Notes under the pieces: model-generated
Databases searched by the model: none
Told to the model about the DNA's origin: nothing
What the model saw: the letters and a program-made list of their open reading frames with translations, nothing else
Position numbers and translations under genes: made by a program
Part shown: in pieces, positions 37,549 through 46,944 of the stretch
Position numbering within the stretch: position 1 is the stretch's first letter
How the letters are laid out: every line of letters starts with the position of its first letter
Origin: a virus
Virus record (IMG/VR): IMGVR_UViG_3300025154_000006
Coordinates: 19,469 to 83,468 of that record
Strand: one strand, 5' to 3'
Length of the DNA: 64,000 bases

Positions 37549-38261
37549 TATTGTCCTCGTGCTTTCTTTTTACCCATTCGATGAAGTATTATAGTGCTAC
37601 TACTTTCGTATTTTTGGTTCCAAATTGGGTCAAGTAGTTTTACTTTTACGTCTGGACAATGGCACATAGTTCGGTGCCACGCCATTTGCTCGTCCCAGTC
37701 GCCAAATACTTGCCATTCTTGATACCATGTCTCAAAGAACATCTGCGTATTTTCATTAGTGCGAAAGAAGATTACGCCGGTATTTATAAACGGCATTCTC
37801 TTGTCGCCAATCATTGCCTGCGTTATCTCTCGCTCCATGATACTATTTTTGCTAATGGGAGGCGACAAAAGCGGATCTGCGAATATCTCGTCAACATACC
37901 ACGGATCGCCGTTTTGCCTAACGTGATACGAAACACAAATATCGTGATCTTTCAGATAGTCAAATCCAGTTGTCAAGTCTTTCTTGACGGCTGTATCCGC
38001 ATCAAGATACAGAGTTTTCTGAAATGGACTAAGATGGTAAAGAAACGGCTTTACTTTTCCGGCAAGAAACCCAAGTTCGCCGTCTTTGCGCCGCGGATTA
38101 AGTCCGTTCCATTCTATAAATGCGGTTCCGTTAACCTGTATATCGCCAACGGTGGCAATTGGAATGTTTATATTTAGTTTCTTTATAGAGGCGACGCTTT
38201 TGCCTGCCACCTCTTTTGCCTTTTCTCCAAAGGCCATATACAGAAAGCCCTTATCGTTCAT
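37548..38261 (-). CDS. GT-A fold glycosyltransferase (GT8-like)
   Basis: TLYLDADT (DxD), NTGVIFF, DEQ, WN. Confidence 0.8.
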   Translation of the reverse strand: MNDKGFLYMAFGEKAKEVAGKSVASIKKLNINIPIATVGDIQVNGTAFIEWNGLNPRRKDGELGFLAGKVKPFLYHLSPFQKTLYLDADTAVKKDLTTGFDYLKDHDICVSYHVRQNGDPWYVDEIFADPLLSPPISKNSIMEREITQAMIGDKRMPFINTGVIFFRTNENTQMFFETWYQEWQVFGDWDEQMAWHRTMCHCPDVKVKLLDPIWNQKYESSSTIILHRMGKKKARGQ

Positions 38262-39178
38262 TTTACATACTCCCGAACTATAGACAAGAACCTGTTTGCG
38301 TTAAACGTACTGCCAATATTTACTTTTTTCCACCGTTCTACGTTTGGGTCTTGTCGCACCGCAAACTGCATGATCATGTTGTCTGACATCCCATCAAGTT
38401 GGACAGGATAGTCTATCCATTTGTAGAGACTGTAGTGCTTAACGGTCATTCCGTCTTCTCGTGGCGGCTGTCCTTGTGATCCATAGAATATCGTTGGTTT
38501 TCCTCTGGCAACCGCTAAATGGGCTAGTGTTCCAGCAGATATTACTATATTATGCCTACCAATACTCGCAAGCGCATCTTTTGTTTTCAGATTGGCTTGC
38601 TCAAACGTCACATTTGGTATTTGTGGATCATACATGCCGCTTGCAGAAAACGTTTTGCCATATCTAATAGTTACTTTTTTGAATAGTGGCGCCAACTCAA
38701 ATACTCGCTCAAGCGCTTTTCTGTTTAGTTCAAAACTTGCTGGAGAACGAAGAAAATCCTGTCCAGCAGGTCCCATTGTGTGCATTGGCGCAAATAGCAA
38801 CGTCTTTTCCCGCATTGGTTTCCAATTGATTACTTCTCCACAAGAAAAGCCACACGGTTCTATTCTTGACCTATATCCATAAGAGATCATGGCGTTCTTG
38901 ATCTCCCTGGTAAATACAAAGTTGCAACTTACTGGAAACTCTTTGTGAAAACCGTCCCAGAAGTACCAGGAATTTGCAGAATGTGGATAGACAAAAATCG
39001 GTCTATTTGTTTTCGCAAATTCATTTAGAATCGGCCTATAGTGATCTTGTTCCAAGTCATATAACAAAAAACTCGCCTCGTCTGGATCGACGGTTTTTCT
39101 ATAGTTCGCATCAAGTAGTGCTTTTCTGAACGGACGCGACATATCCCTGCGTTCCAACACATAATATTTTCTTGTCAT
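38258..39178 (-). CDS. glycosyltransferase-like protein (GT-B-like)
   Basis: FAPMH, TLAHLAVARGKPT; paralogue of 34386..35336. Confidence 0.6.
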   Translation of the reverse strand: MTRKYYVLERRDMSRPFRKALLDANYRKTVDPDEASFLLYDLEQDHYRPILNEFAKTNRPIFVYPHSANSWYFWDGFHKEFPVSCNFVFTREIKNAMISYGYRSRIEPCGFSCGEVINWKPMREKTLLFAPMHTMGPAGQDFLRSPASFELNRKALERVFELAPLFKKVTIRYGKTFSASGMYDPQIPNVTFEQANLKTKDALASIGRHNIVISAGTLAHLAVARGKPTIFYGSQGQPPREDGMTVKHYSLYKWIDYPVQLDGMSDNMIMQFAVRQDPNVERWKKVNIGSTFNANRFLSIVREYVK

Positions 39179-39490
39179 TTATAGCGACTCCGCCAATGCT
39201 TTTAGGTTTTTTAACAATCTGTTGTTTTTGCTTTCCAGCGGTTCGTCTTTTATGTCAACAAGGCGCCTTATCGAGCCAAGTCTGCTTTTTACATTCTCTA
39301 AATCGTCTGGATGAAAAATTACGCATTTTGGATTGCTGTTTGTTTCCTTAAGAAGATATATTGTGCCACGATCTGTATATTTATTTAATGCGTAATGTAG
39401 TGTCGGAAAAAGCAGATCGATTGCCTTTTGAAAACTATCGAGAGTCAGTTCTGTAGCCTCGTTTGAACATGCGGTGCAATATTGTGTCAT
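39179..39490 (-). CDS. hypothetical protein
   Basis: GGAG RBS, operon-packed. Confidence 0.55.
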   Translation of the reverse strand: MTQYCTACSNEATELTLDSFQKAIDLLFPTLHYALNKYTDRGTIYLLKETNSNPKCVIFHPDDLENVKSRLGSIRRLVDIKDEPLESKNNRLLKNLKALAESL

Positions 39491-39515
39491 TTTGCGATGT
39501 ATCTCCGGCGATATG

Positions 39516-39827
39516 TCAGTATGTGCGATAATTGCACTTGGTATTCTCGCACCAAATGTCTTTTCCGTTGGTTGTCAACTTGTTCACAAGGCCGATCTTC
39601 TGACATTTAGGACATATTTTGTCAAGATACCAACAGGTTTTTGCTGAGTTCGCACTGCGAAGCGGATTAAATATCTTTTCTCTGCATTCCTCGCAAAGCG
39701 GAACAAAAATGCCTAAATTGCTTTGCTCCATTATGGCGTCTTTTTTGAAGATCGCTTTCTTGCAAACGGTGCAAATAACCGGAGAATGATCAATTAGAAA
39801 TTGTACAAATTTATTAATCGGGTTCAT
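39516..39827 (-). CDS. Cys-rich zinc-finger protein
   Basis: several CxxC pairs; start MNPINK at 39827 after GGAGG. Confidence 0.55.
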   Translation of the reverse strand: MNPINKFVQFLIDHSPVICTVCKKAIFKKDAIMEQSNLGIFVPLCEECREKIFNPLRSANSAKTCWYLDKICPKCQKIGLVNKLTTNGKDIWCENTKCNYRTY

Positions 39828-40575
39828 TTTCGACAACCTCCACCAACATATTTTCTGCCATCGGAACCAACGCGAGTCTTTTGGCGGCATATTTTTTCTT
39901 AAGAGTTAGAGATATTTTATCACGGGTTTCTTGAGAAACAATTTTTCCTTTTTGTGCCCTAGATATCTTCAGGCGCGCCTCGAGTGATACGGTTTTGCCT
40001 TTTTGCGCCAATGACATCTTGGCGCGCGCTTCTTCGGAAGCGCGTTTTTCATTATGGTTTTTATTCCCAGTTAAAGCAAGAGACATTTTCATACAGGTTT
40101 CTTCCGAGTGATGTTTTCCAAGCATACCTCTTTTATGTCCTTTTAGCGCCCGCGATATTTTCTCGCGGGTTTCGACGGATACGTTTTTCCTTGCGAGAGA
40201 CATTTTCTCGCGGGTTTCAAAAGACAAATGTTTTCCAATATTCGCAAGAGACATCTTTAAGCGAGATTCTTCTGTGTGTCTTGTTCCTAGTTTGCTATAT
40301 GCTTTTTTGCAAATATTGTATTCTGGACAAACACTGTCTATATAATACTGTTCTCGTTCGACCAGTTGCTCTTTCTCGCATTCTTCGAGAATAGAAAACT
40401 CAAAATTTTCTTCACCATACTTATTCCAGGCAGATTGAAGATGACGACTATGGTGTTTTGTTCTTTTTAAGAGAGAAACATGCTCATTCCACCGTCTATC
40501 AATATTAATGGCAGATCCGATATATATTTTTTCGTTAATCACATTCCTTATTTGATAGATGCCTATAAGAATCAT
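39814..40575 (-). CDS. GIY-YIG homing endonuclease with NUMOD3 repeats
   Basis: GIYQI...IYIGSA...RW.EH; repeated H(S/T)EETR.KMS. Confidence 0.92.
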   Translation of the reverse strand: MILIGIYQIRNVINEKIYIGSAINIDRRWNEHVSLLKRTKHHSRHLQSAWNKYGEENFEFSILEECEKEQLVEREQYYIDSVCPEYNICKKAYSKLGTRHTEESRLKMSLANIGKHLSFETREKMSLARKNVSVETREKISRALKGHKRGMLGKHHSEETCMKMSLALTGNKNHNEKRASEEARAKMSLAQKGKTVSLEARLKISRAQKGKIVSQETRDKISLTLKKKYAAKRLALVPMAENMLVEVVENEPD

Positions 40576-40880
40576 TTTTTGGTCTTATTCCGAGACAGCT
40601 CTTTGAGCAGAAGAGAAGTATCCATTCCCATATCTTTAAGCACATTGTAAATTGCCACTTCAAGAACGGACAGTTCTTCGTGGGTAATGTTGATTTGGCA
40701 ATGATACTTTATCGCCTCTAGTATCTCGTGGATCACGGTAGATTCTTGTGATTGTACGTGCTGTTCTGGCGAAATAAGAATAATCTGGCTCATTGGATTC
40801 ATTTGCCCAGAATTGTCGGTCCCGCCAAGTTTTTTGGCGGGAGAATAGATCAGTTCGTAGTCATAAGCCAATATCTTCAT
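40572..40880 (-). CDS. small zincin-like phage protein
   Basis: STVIHEILEA (HExxE variant of HExxH); AAGGAG RBS; first gene of the minus-strand block. Confidence 0.6.
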   Translation of the reverse strand: MKILAYDYELIYSPAKKLGGTDNSGQMNPMSQIILISPEQHVQSQESTVIHEILEAIKYHCQINITHEELSVLEVAIYNVLKDMGMDTSLLLKELSRNKTKK

Positions 40881-41219
40881 GTTTTATCTCCTTTGATTGT
40901 TGACACACAACATAGTCAATATATCACAAAATCCAGCCTTTTTGTACCAGAATACCCATTATCTCCATGGAGAATAATGCCCAAAACCTATACGCGACAA
41001 CCTTCTCGTGTATAGATTTCCAAGAAAACCGATTTTCCGAAAAAGGGAGAGTTTTTATAAGGAGACTATTAAGAAGGGTATAGAGATGGTGCATGAACAG
41101 GGGGGGGGTCGCTTATATAGGACTCTTCTTTGTTCATCCCCCGTTCCCCCTTCCCCCCTCGGCTCGTGGCTTTTCGTGACGCCCCTGCCCCCCTCTCCCC
41201 CTACCCCAAGGAGGTAGCA

Positions 41220-41471
41220 ATGTCTAAACGAAACGCTTGTATCTTGTTGGCCGTACTAATGCTCGCCCTCTCCTCCATTGCTTGCGACGATGGCGGGATT
41301 GTTGATAACGATTGCGCTACGTGTGGCGGTCCCGAAACTGGCGGCCAGGTTATGAATCCCGACAACGTTGTTCAGCAGGGATATAGCGCACTGGAAGTGG
41401 TATGGTGTAACGACCCGGGGTACAAGGACTACAACTCGTGGCACTGCAACGATGTTCGGAGCGGAAAATGA
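41220..41471 (+). CDS. small Cys-containing lipoprotein
   Basis: AAGGAGGT RBS; signal peptide ending LSSIAC. Confidence 0.65.
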   Translation: MSKRNACILLAVLMLALSSIACDDGGIVDNDCATCGGPETGGQVMNPDNVVQQGYSALEVVWCNDPGYKDYNSWHCNDVRSGK

Positions 41472-41633
41472 CCATCCTTCCCGTTGATGTTGGCGCCGTT
41501 ATCTTTGGCGTGATCATGTCCATCGTCATTCCCGCGGGCGTGATTGTAGACTCGGTCGTGTTCTAGCAAGTCCCAACTTCCAAGTAGTCCTCTCTCTACA
41601 AGAGGACTACTACAGTTGTGCGCTTGTACAACA

Positions 41634-41687
41634 AGGTACTGCCTAACCTATCTCAATAGGCACACACTAAGGAGGTTGCGATGCCTG
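41634..41687 (+). repeat. 54-bp direct repeat, copy 1
   Basis: identical to 42336..42389; contains hairpin, AAGGAGGT RBS and ATG. Confidence 0.95.
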
Positions 41688-41733
41688 CTTAGGCATAAGC
41701 CGCAAGTCTCTTACTTGCATAAAGGAGGTTACG

Positions 41734-41967
41734 ATGTTCGCGCTTGGTTTGCTTGTTGGCCTAAGTATTGGTTTGGTTATCGGTGCCATTGGTTTGGTTG
41801 CAATGGTGCTGAAAGACGAACGCAATATGGACGAATCCATGAAGTCGCCCGTGGTACTTGATTGTATGGGCGAATATTGGTGTCAGTTGCATGAATGCTC
41901 TGCTTATGAGTGCGCGTGTGACTGGTCGCATCAAGACTACCTCGCAATGGTTCATTGCGAGGACTAG
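41734..41967 (+). CDS. small membrane-anchored protein with Cys-rich tail
   Basis: AAGGAGGT RBS; N-terminal TM. Confidence 0.6.
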   Translation: MFALGLLVGLSIGLVIGAIGLVAMVLKDERNMDESMKSPVVLDCMGEYWCQLHECSAYECACDWSHQDYLAMVHCED

Positions 41968-42072
41968 GCATGTGTGTTCTGCCTATAGGGGGAAAGGCAG
42001 AGCAGACCTGCTTAGGTCTAGTGCCGATAAGTCCTTACTCGCAAGAGAAGGCACAGGCAAAGGAGATGTACG

Positions 42073-42258
42073 ATGGATACCAATACCAGTTTCATGCAGA
42101 TCGTGCGCGAGGACGGCGTCCGTGACTTGGCCATGACTATTCGCGTCAAGTTCGGCCACGCCTTGGAGATGGAACGCCTGGGCAATGACGCCCAGGCCAG
42201 CATCTTCCTTGCTGAGGCCATTGAGGCCGAAGTCAAGGTCAAGGCCGAAACCAAGTAA
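42073..42258 (+). CDS. small early protein
   Basis: AAGGAG RBS; GC-rich third positions. Confidence 0.6.
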   Translation: MDTNTSFMQIVREDGVRDLAMTIRVKFGHALEMERLGNDAQASIFLAEAIEAEVKVKAETK

Positions 42259-42335
42259 TAACAACACGGTCGCCATGCTGTCTACAAGGGTGGTAGTAGA
42301 CAGCATTGGACTGTGCTTGTTGGTGTTAAGCACAC

Positions 42336-42389
42336 AGGTACTGCCTAACCTATCTCAATAGGCACACACTAAGGAGGTTGCGATGCCTG
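42336..42389 (+). repeat. 54-bp direct repeat, copy 2
   Basis: identical to 41634..41687; supplies the RBS and start for 42383..42616. Confidence 0.95.
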
Positions 42390-42616
42390 TAGCACAGGTG
42401 TTCACATCCGTAAGTGCTGCTCTTCAAGCCGTCGAGAAGATGGCTGTCGGTCAGCGTATCGTAGTCATGGGCAGAAACGCCCATGTTGTCAACGGCATTG
42501 GTTGCAAGACTGTCCAGTATGATAAACAGTCTTTGTCCGCAACCGCGCGCCCTGTCGATGGGCGCGCGTTCAACCGCGTTAACAACGGACTTGTGTCCAT
42601 GAAGGAGGCAGAATGA
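42383..42616 (+). CDS. small early protein
   Basis: AAGGAGGT RBS. Confidence 0.6.
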   Translation: MPVAQVFTSVSAALQAVEKMAVGQRIVVMGRNAHVVNGIGCKTVQYDKQSLSATARPVDGRAFNRVNNGLVSMKEAE

Positions 42617-43056
42617 CCGTTATGCAAGCCTGGCAATGGATTACCTCTAGGTGGTGTGCGACTACCTGGACACCCATTGACCCAGATGTCCGTACGATCC
42701 TGCGCCTACCCGCGCTTCTGGGCATGGCGCACGGCATGTTGGTTACAAGGGCTGGCGCGAATGGCTCACAAGAGTTCATTAAGCGCATAAACACGAGGTG
42801 AAGAATGTTTGCGATCTACGAACCGATCATGCGTTTACTTGTCTCGCTTATTGTGTTGGCTGGAAATGCCCGATGTCCCGGACATGGCAATCTGGACTAC
42901 ATGGTAAGGCGGGTACTGGCAGACGCCAAAAACCGTCTACAACAGCAAGCCTAAGTCGTTGCGTCTGTGCTTATCCGAACAGAGAGATAAGCACAGAACC
43001 GACCTGCTTAGGTCGCTACTCTGGTGCGGAGTTCGCACTGCGAAAAAAGGAGAGAA

Positions 43057-43332
43057 ATGGCTACCCTTCGTATTCCCAAGTCCACAAATGGCGAGAAGTC
43101 GTTACTTCCTCGTCGCTCGACTCAATGGTTGCTAGACGCCATGGGCGAGATGTTCAATGACAACTGTACCGACGCCGAGATACTTGGCGTTACTCGTGTT
43201 CAGGTCATGCGCGGCCTGGCCACGGCAGGCGTTCCTAACGACGAGATCAGGGAAATCTGGCAGGGGCAGTTCGCGTTGAAGAGCGCCCAGGAGAGGTATG
43301 ACCTACTCTCCTACTTCGTGTATGGCGAATAG
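43057..43332 (+). CDS. hypothetical early protein
   Basis: AAGGAG RBS directly after a palindrome copy. Confidence 0.65.
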   Translation: MATLRIPKSTNGEKSLLPRRSTQWLLDAMGEMFNDNCTDAEILGVTRVQVMRGLATAGVPNDEIREIWQGQFALKSAQERYDLLSYFVYGE

Positions 43333-43530
43333 GACTACCGGAGCCCTACGCACCGCCAACGATTTCACTATATAAGTCCTATATAGGGAAATGTAGGACT
43401 TATATCGTCCATCCAAAGAAAGGAGATAACCCTATGGCCCTTGATCGTGTAGTGTTCTGGTCGTTTGCCGCATTTGCGCTATTTGGCGCCATCGCTATCC
43501 TGTTGTTCGCCTAGACACAAGGAGTTCAAA

Positions 43531-44028
43531 ATGTCTCAGAACCAAAAAACCGTAATCACGCTTGCCAATCTTGGAAGCGCCGTCGAGGTTCGCCTGGACC
43601 CCGAAATCGTCTTCGCCATTGCTACCGAGTTCAGTGATAACCCGCTTGTCCAGAAGTCTGACGAACTGGCGGCCCTGGAAGCGGAACTTGCCGTTGCGCA
43701 GGCTGGCGTTGACGGTTTTCGCACTGCGAACCAGAGGATAGGCGATCTTGCTATCCGGAAAGTTCACCTGGAACATGCCGCTCGCGCCATTCTGCTGGAA
43801 AAGAAAGGCGTCAAGAACATGGCGGAGTTGCCATTGGCAATCCGCGGCGTGGTTGAGAAATATCGCCAACAAATCCTCGCACTGGATACCACGTACCAGG
43901 ATACTTGCAAAGAACTGGCAGAAATGCGCCAGAAACTTGAAATGTCCGAGTTCAATGCCCATTTGACCGCAAAGGTCAATATCGAAGCGGCGATCTCCGC
44001 CATCATCAAGGAGGCCAACGGTGGCTAA
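43531..44028 (+). CDS. coiled-coil early protein
   Basis: AAGGAG RBS, ATG at 43531. Confidence 0.7.
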   Translation: MSQNQKTVITLANLGSAVEVRLDPEIVFAIATEFSDNPLVQKSDELAALEAELAVAQAGVDGFRTANQRIGDLAIRKVHLEHAARAILLEKKGVKNMAELPLAIRGVVEKYRQQILALDTTYQDTCKELAEMRQKLEMSEFNAHLTAKVNIEAAISAIIKEANGG

Positions 44029-45052
44029 GAAGTCCGTATTACCCGTTTCAAACGGTGTCAATTCAATCATCAACAACGAGGAGACCAAAATGTCCAAGAA
44101 GAATTCCGCCAAATCCATCAATGCCATATCTGATCAGCCACTTGCCGCGCCGTTTACTTTTCAGCCCGCCAATGGTCGCAACGACCTGGCTCTGCTGCGC
44201 GTAGACGGCGACGAAGACAAGGCTCCGTTCTACATCGACGCGCCCGACCGTGTTCACGGTATTTGCAATGCCGCGACCCATGTCTGGGTTGGCACATATC
44301 CAGTGTTTGAACCCGGAAAGTTCTACTTCCGCATGTCCCGGGACGACGTCAAGAAAGAATTTGGTGTCGAAAGCATGGGCTATATCCGCGGTAGTGCAGA
44401 GTTGCAACAGGCTGTTACAGAGGGTAAGTATGCCCACACCAAGCCGATTGTTGAGGATGCCTGGTATCGCGTGTCCTGGAACGGTCATCGCTTCACCCTC
44501 AAGGTTGTTGAATGGCGCAATTACGAGAAGGAAGAACCCGAATGGATCACCTATGATCGGGATGCCCTACGCCTGCTGGACGGCCTGGACGATGTGTACA
44601 AAGCGGTTGCTGCCAAACGCGCCCTGCGTCTGTTCTTTGCCGAGTCCATTGAGTGGGCGCTGAAAGAGAAAGCCGCACAGGAACCGTTTGTTCGCAATAA
44701 CGACCTGGTTGGCCTGAAAGAGCGCCTGAATACCCGCGTTCTCAAGACAAAGGCGTTCAAGGATTATGGCAACGTCAAGGCCATGATCAAGAAGGCGGAC
44801 GAGGCCAAAGAGAAGGGCGAAGCTATCCCAAATTCCTTCAAGCGCATGGAAGTGGCACTGGCCCGGAAAGCTGGTATGGTTCGCACTGCGAACGGCGACG
44901 AAATCCCGGAAGATGCGCTGATCGGGAAAAACATCGTTCTGGTGCTTGGAACCACCGCCATTCCTGGTAAGCGCGCCGTGACCACGGAAAACTTTATGAT
45001 CATCACCCGCGTGATTGCCCGCCAGGGCTACTCGGTTTCGATTGTAGAGTAA
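44021..45052 (+). CDS. hypothetical early protein
   Basis: 343 aa; RBS-preceded starts at 44021 (GTG) and 44090 (ATG). Confidence 0.75.
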   Translation: MAKKSVLPVSNGVNSIINNEETKMSKKNSAKSINAISDQPLAAPFTFQPANGRNDLALLRVDGDEDKAPFYIDAPDRVHGICNAATHVWVGTYPVFEPGKFYFRMSRDDVKKEFGVESMGYIRGSAELQQAVTEGKYAHTKPIVEDAWYRVSWNGHRFTLKVVEWRNYEKEEPEWITYDRDALRLLDGLDDVYKAVAAKRALRLFFAESIEWALKEKAAQEPFVRNNDLVGLKERLNTRVLKTKAFKDYGNVKAMIKKADEAKEKGEAIPNSFKRMEVALARKAGMVRTANGDEIPEDALIGKNIVLVLGTTAIPGKRAVTTENFMIITRVIARQGYSVSIVE

Positions 45053-45064
45053 CCATCAACAATA

Positions 45065-45105
45065 GCCCAGAGAGGAATATTGCCCATCCTCTCTGGGCGT
45101 TTTTG
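45065..45105 (+). terminator. intrinsic terminator closing the GC-rich early block
   Basis: GCCCAGAGAGGA/TCCTCTCTGGGC 12-bp stem followed by GTTTTTG. Confidence 0.8.
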
Positions 45106-45133
45106 TAGTATGATACGAAAAAGGAGATTAAAT

Positions 45134-45433
45134 ATGACTAAAAGAGAATTACGCAAACTTGCCGAGAGTAAAGATATTGGCTTTATGGCGGCCAATGGAA
45201 TATTTTTCTTCGTATTTCCGGGAGATTTTAAGGCACATGCGGCAACCAAAGAGATGATTGAACGGGTACGGGCGTTGCCAGACTTTGAGAAGCCTAAGGT
45301 GTCTCGGGCGCCAGAGAATGCAGTCTCTCTTGAAGGATTGTCCCAAGAAGAACGGGATGCCAAAGCACTTGATCTTATGGGCGCCGTTACCATTCCTGGG
45401 CTTGATAATTATCCCGTTGTAGAGGAACAATGA
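45134..45433 (+). CDS. hypothetical protein
   Basis: AAGGAG RBS. Confidence 0.6.
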   Translation: MTKRELRKLAESKDIGFMAANGIFFFVFPGDFKAHAATKEMIERVRALPDFEKPKVSRAPENAVSLEGLSQEERDAKALDLMGAVTIPGLDNYPVVEEQ

Positions 45434-45639
45434 AACAGACATATCAACAGCGTTTTGGACATGATCGGGTTCGTAAAGCGAATAAGAATTCCAAGAAGTT
45501 TGCTCGACAACAAGGCGCTTTGGCAAGAATGCGAACAATGCTTGATGGCAATATTCGTTTATATGGCAATCTGGATAACTATTGGCAAAAGTATACCAAG
45601 TCTCAGATTGCTGTCCTTGAAGCAAAAGGAGTAAACTAA
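45430..45639 (+). CDS. small basic protein
   Basis: coupled ORF. Confidence 0.55.
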   Translation: MKQTYQQRFGHDRVRKANKNSKKFARQQGALARMRTMLDGNIRLYGNLDNYWQKYTKSQIAVLEAKGVN

Positions 45640-46037
45640 TGACTTTGCAAACCTGGATGAATGAGTTTTATCCGGTTCCCGCTAGTGAGGTGTTGGAAAA
45701 AGACGCGCCGGCACACTCTTTACGGAAATGGAAGGGATTACTAAAAGAGAATTTAGAAAAACACGATTGCATCACCAATTTTAATGGCGACGTTTTAGGC
45801 CACGGTGGAAAAATTGAAATATCAGAAGCGACGTGTGCGCTGTGTCTGCTTTATCGGTTTGTCGGAAACCTTTGTTCTGCTTGTCCGCTTGCTGTTTCGC
45901 GTGGGCGCTCATGTTTTTTGCCCACATCCGATGAGGATTATTTTAGCCCATGGAGAGCATGGTTGTATGAGCGCAATCCGCTTCCAATGATTAATGTGCT
46001 TGAGAAGGCCATTAAGAACAAGGAGACAATATTATGA
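45639..46037 (+). CDS. Cys-rich hypothetical phage protein
   Basis: CALC...CSACPL...C. Confidence 0.65.
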   Translation: MTLQTWMNEFYPVPASEVLEKDAPAHSLRKWKGLLKENLEKHDCITNFNGDVLGHGGKIEISEATCALCLLYRFVGNLCSACPLAVSRGRSCFLPTSDEDYFSPWRAWLYERNPLPMINVLEKAIKNKETIL

Positions 46038-46436
46038 GCATTTGGCTTATTTATTTTGCGTGGGCTTGCGGTCTTTTTGCTGGTCTCTTTATGGGATTAT
46101 CTACAGAACCAGATAAAATAACCGCGTGGGCGTTAGCGGCCTTAATATCTCTGTTTTTTATTGTTTTTCTAAATAAGAAAAGAATATCTCGGTGAACGCT
46201 GTTTTTTTCTTAATCCTCTTTGTGCTTGTTTTAGCATGGATAGTTTTTGGCCCATGGCCAGGAACTCTTCTTTAGCCCACAAATATCTTTATTAGTTGTC
46301 TGACTTCTGTAATATTGGAGAGCTATATGAACATTAATGATCGAAGAAGGATCGCCTGGTTGTTTGTAAAGCTTTATGCGATAATTTCGCTTTTGTTTAT
46401 AATTGCCCTTGTGCTAAAGAGTTCGTAGTGCGAATT

Positions 46437-46631
46437 ATGGCAACAGTATCTAAAATTCGCTGTTACTCTAAGAAAAGGGGCCATATTCGCAAAACAAGGA
46501 ATGTGGCCCATACTTTGCGCTTCTGGAAGCGGTGGGCGCATAGAACCTATAGGCGTACTGCCAAAATAGCAATTCGTACCGGACAAGAGATTAACGAGAA
46601 GCCCAGGCTTACAGACTGGCAACTAGACTAA
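46437..46631 (+). CDS. small very basic protein
   Basis: Arg/Lys-rich; ATG immediately after a palindrome copy. Confidence 0.55.
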   Translation: MATVSKIRCYSKKRGHIRKTRNVAHTLRFWKRWAHRTYRRTAKIAIRTGQEINEKPRLTDWQLD

Positions 46632-46641
46632 AGGAGACAAA

Positions 46642-46944
46642 ATGAACATAAGACTCGGTAATTACACGCTTTTGATTACTTTGTCAGACAATACACTATC
46701 CTGGGAACAGCAGGTAATCCAAGAAGTTGAAAAAATGGGCAGGTTGTACCCAGAACATTACGGTACTTTTGGCGGAAGAAACATAAAAATCGCCCGTATA
46801 AAAGCGGTTTGTCAGCTTGCATCTATGTTCCCAGAAGATATTAGAGAGCATAGCGGTGTCCATAACCCCTTGTCTTTGATATTTTGTAAAGATTGGGTAG
46901 AAGACCATTGGCAAAACAATGGTTACGGCGATCCTGTCAAGTAA
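46642..46944 (+). CDS. hypothetical protein
   Basis: AAGGAG RBS. Confidence 0.6.
   Translation: MNIRLGNYTLLITLSDNTLSWEQQVIQEVEKMGRLYPEHYGTFGGRNIKIARIKAVCQLASMFPEDIREHSGVHNPLSLIFCKDWVEDHWQNNGYGDPVK

Noticed and set aside
39900-40300. Short nucleotide repeats such as TTTTCTCGCGGGTTTC
   Set aside because: Explained by the NUMOD3 protein repeats of the endonuclease.
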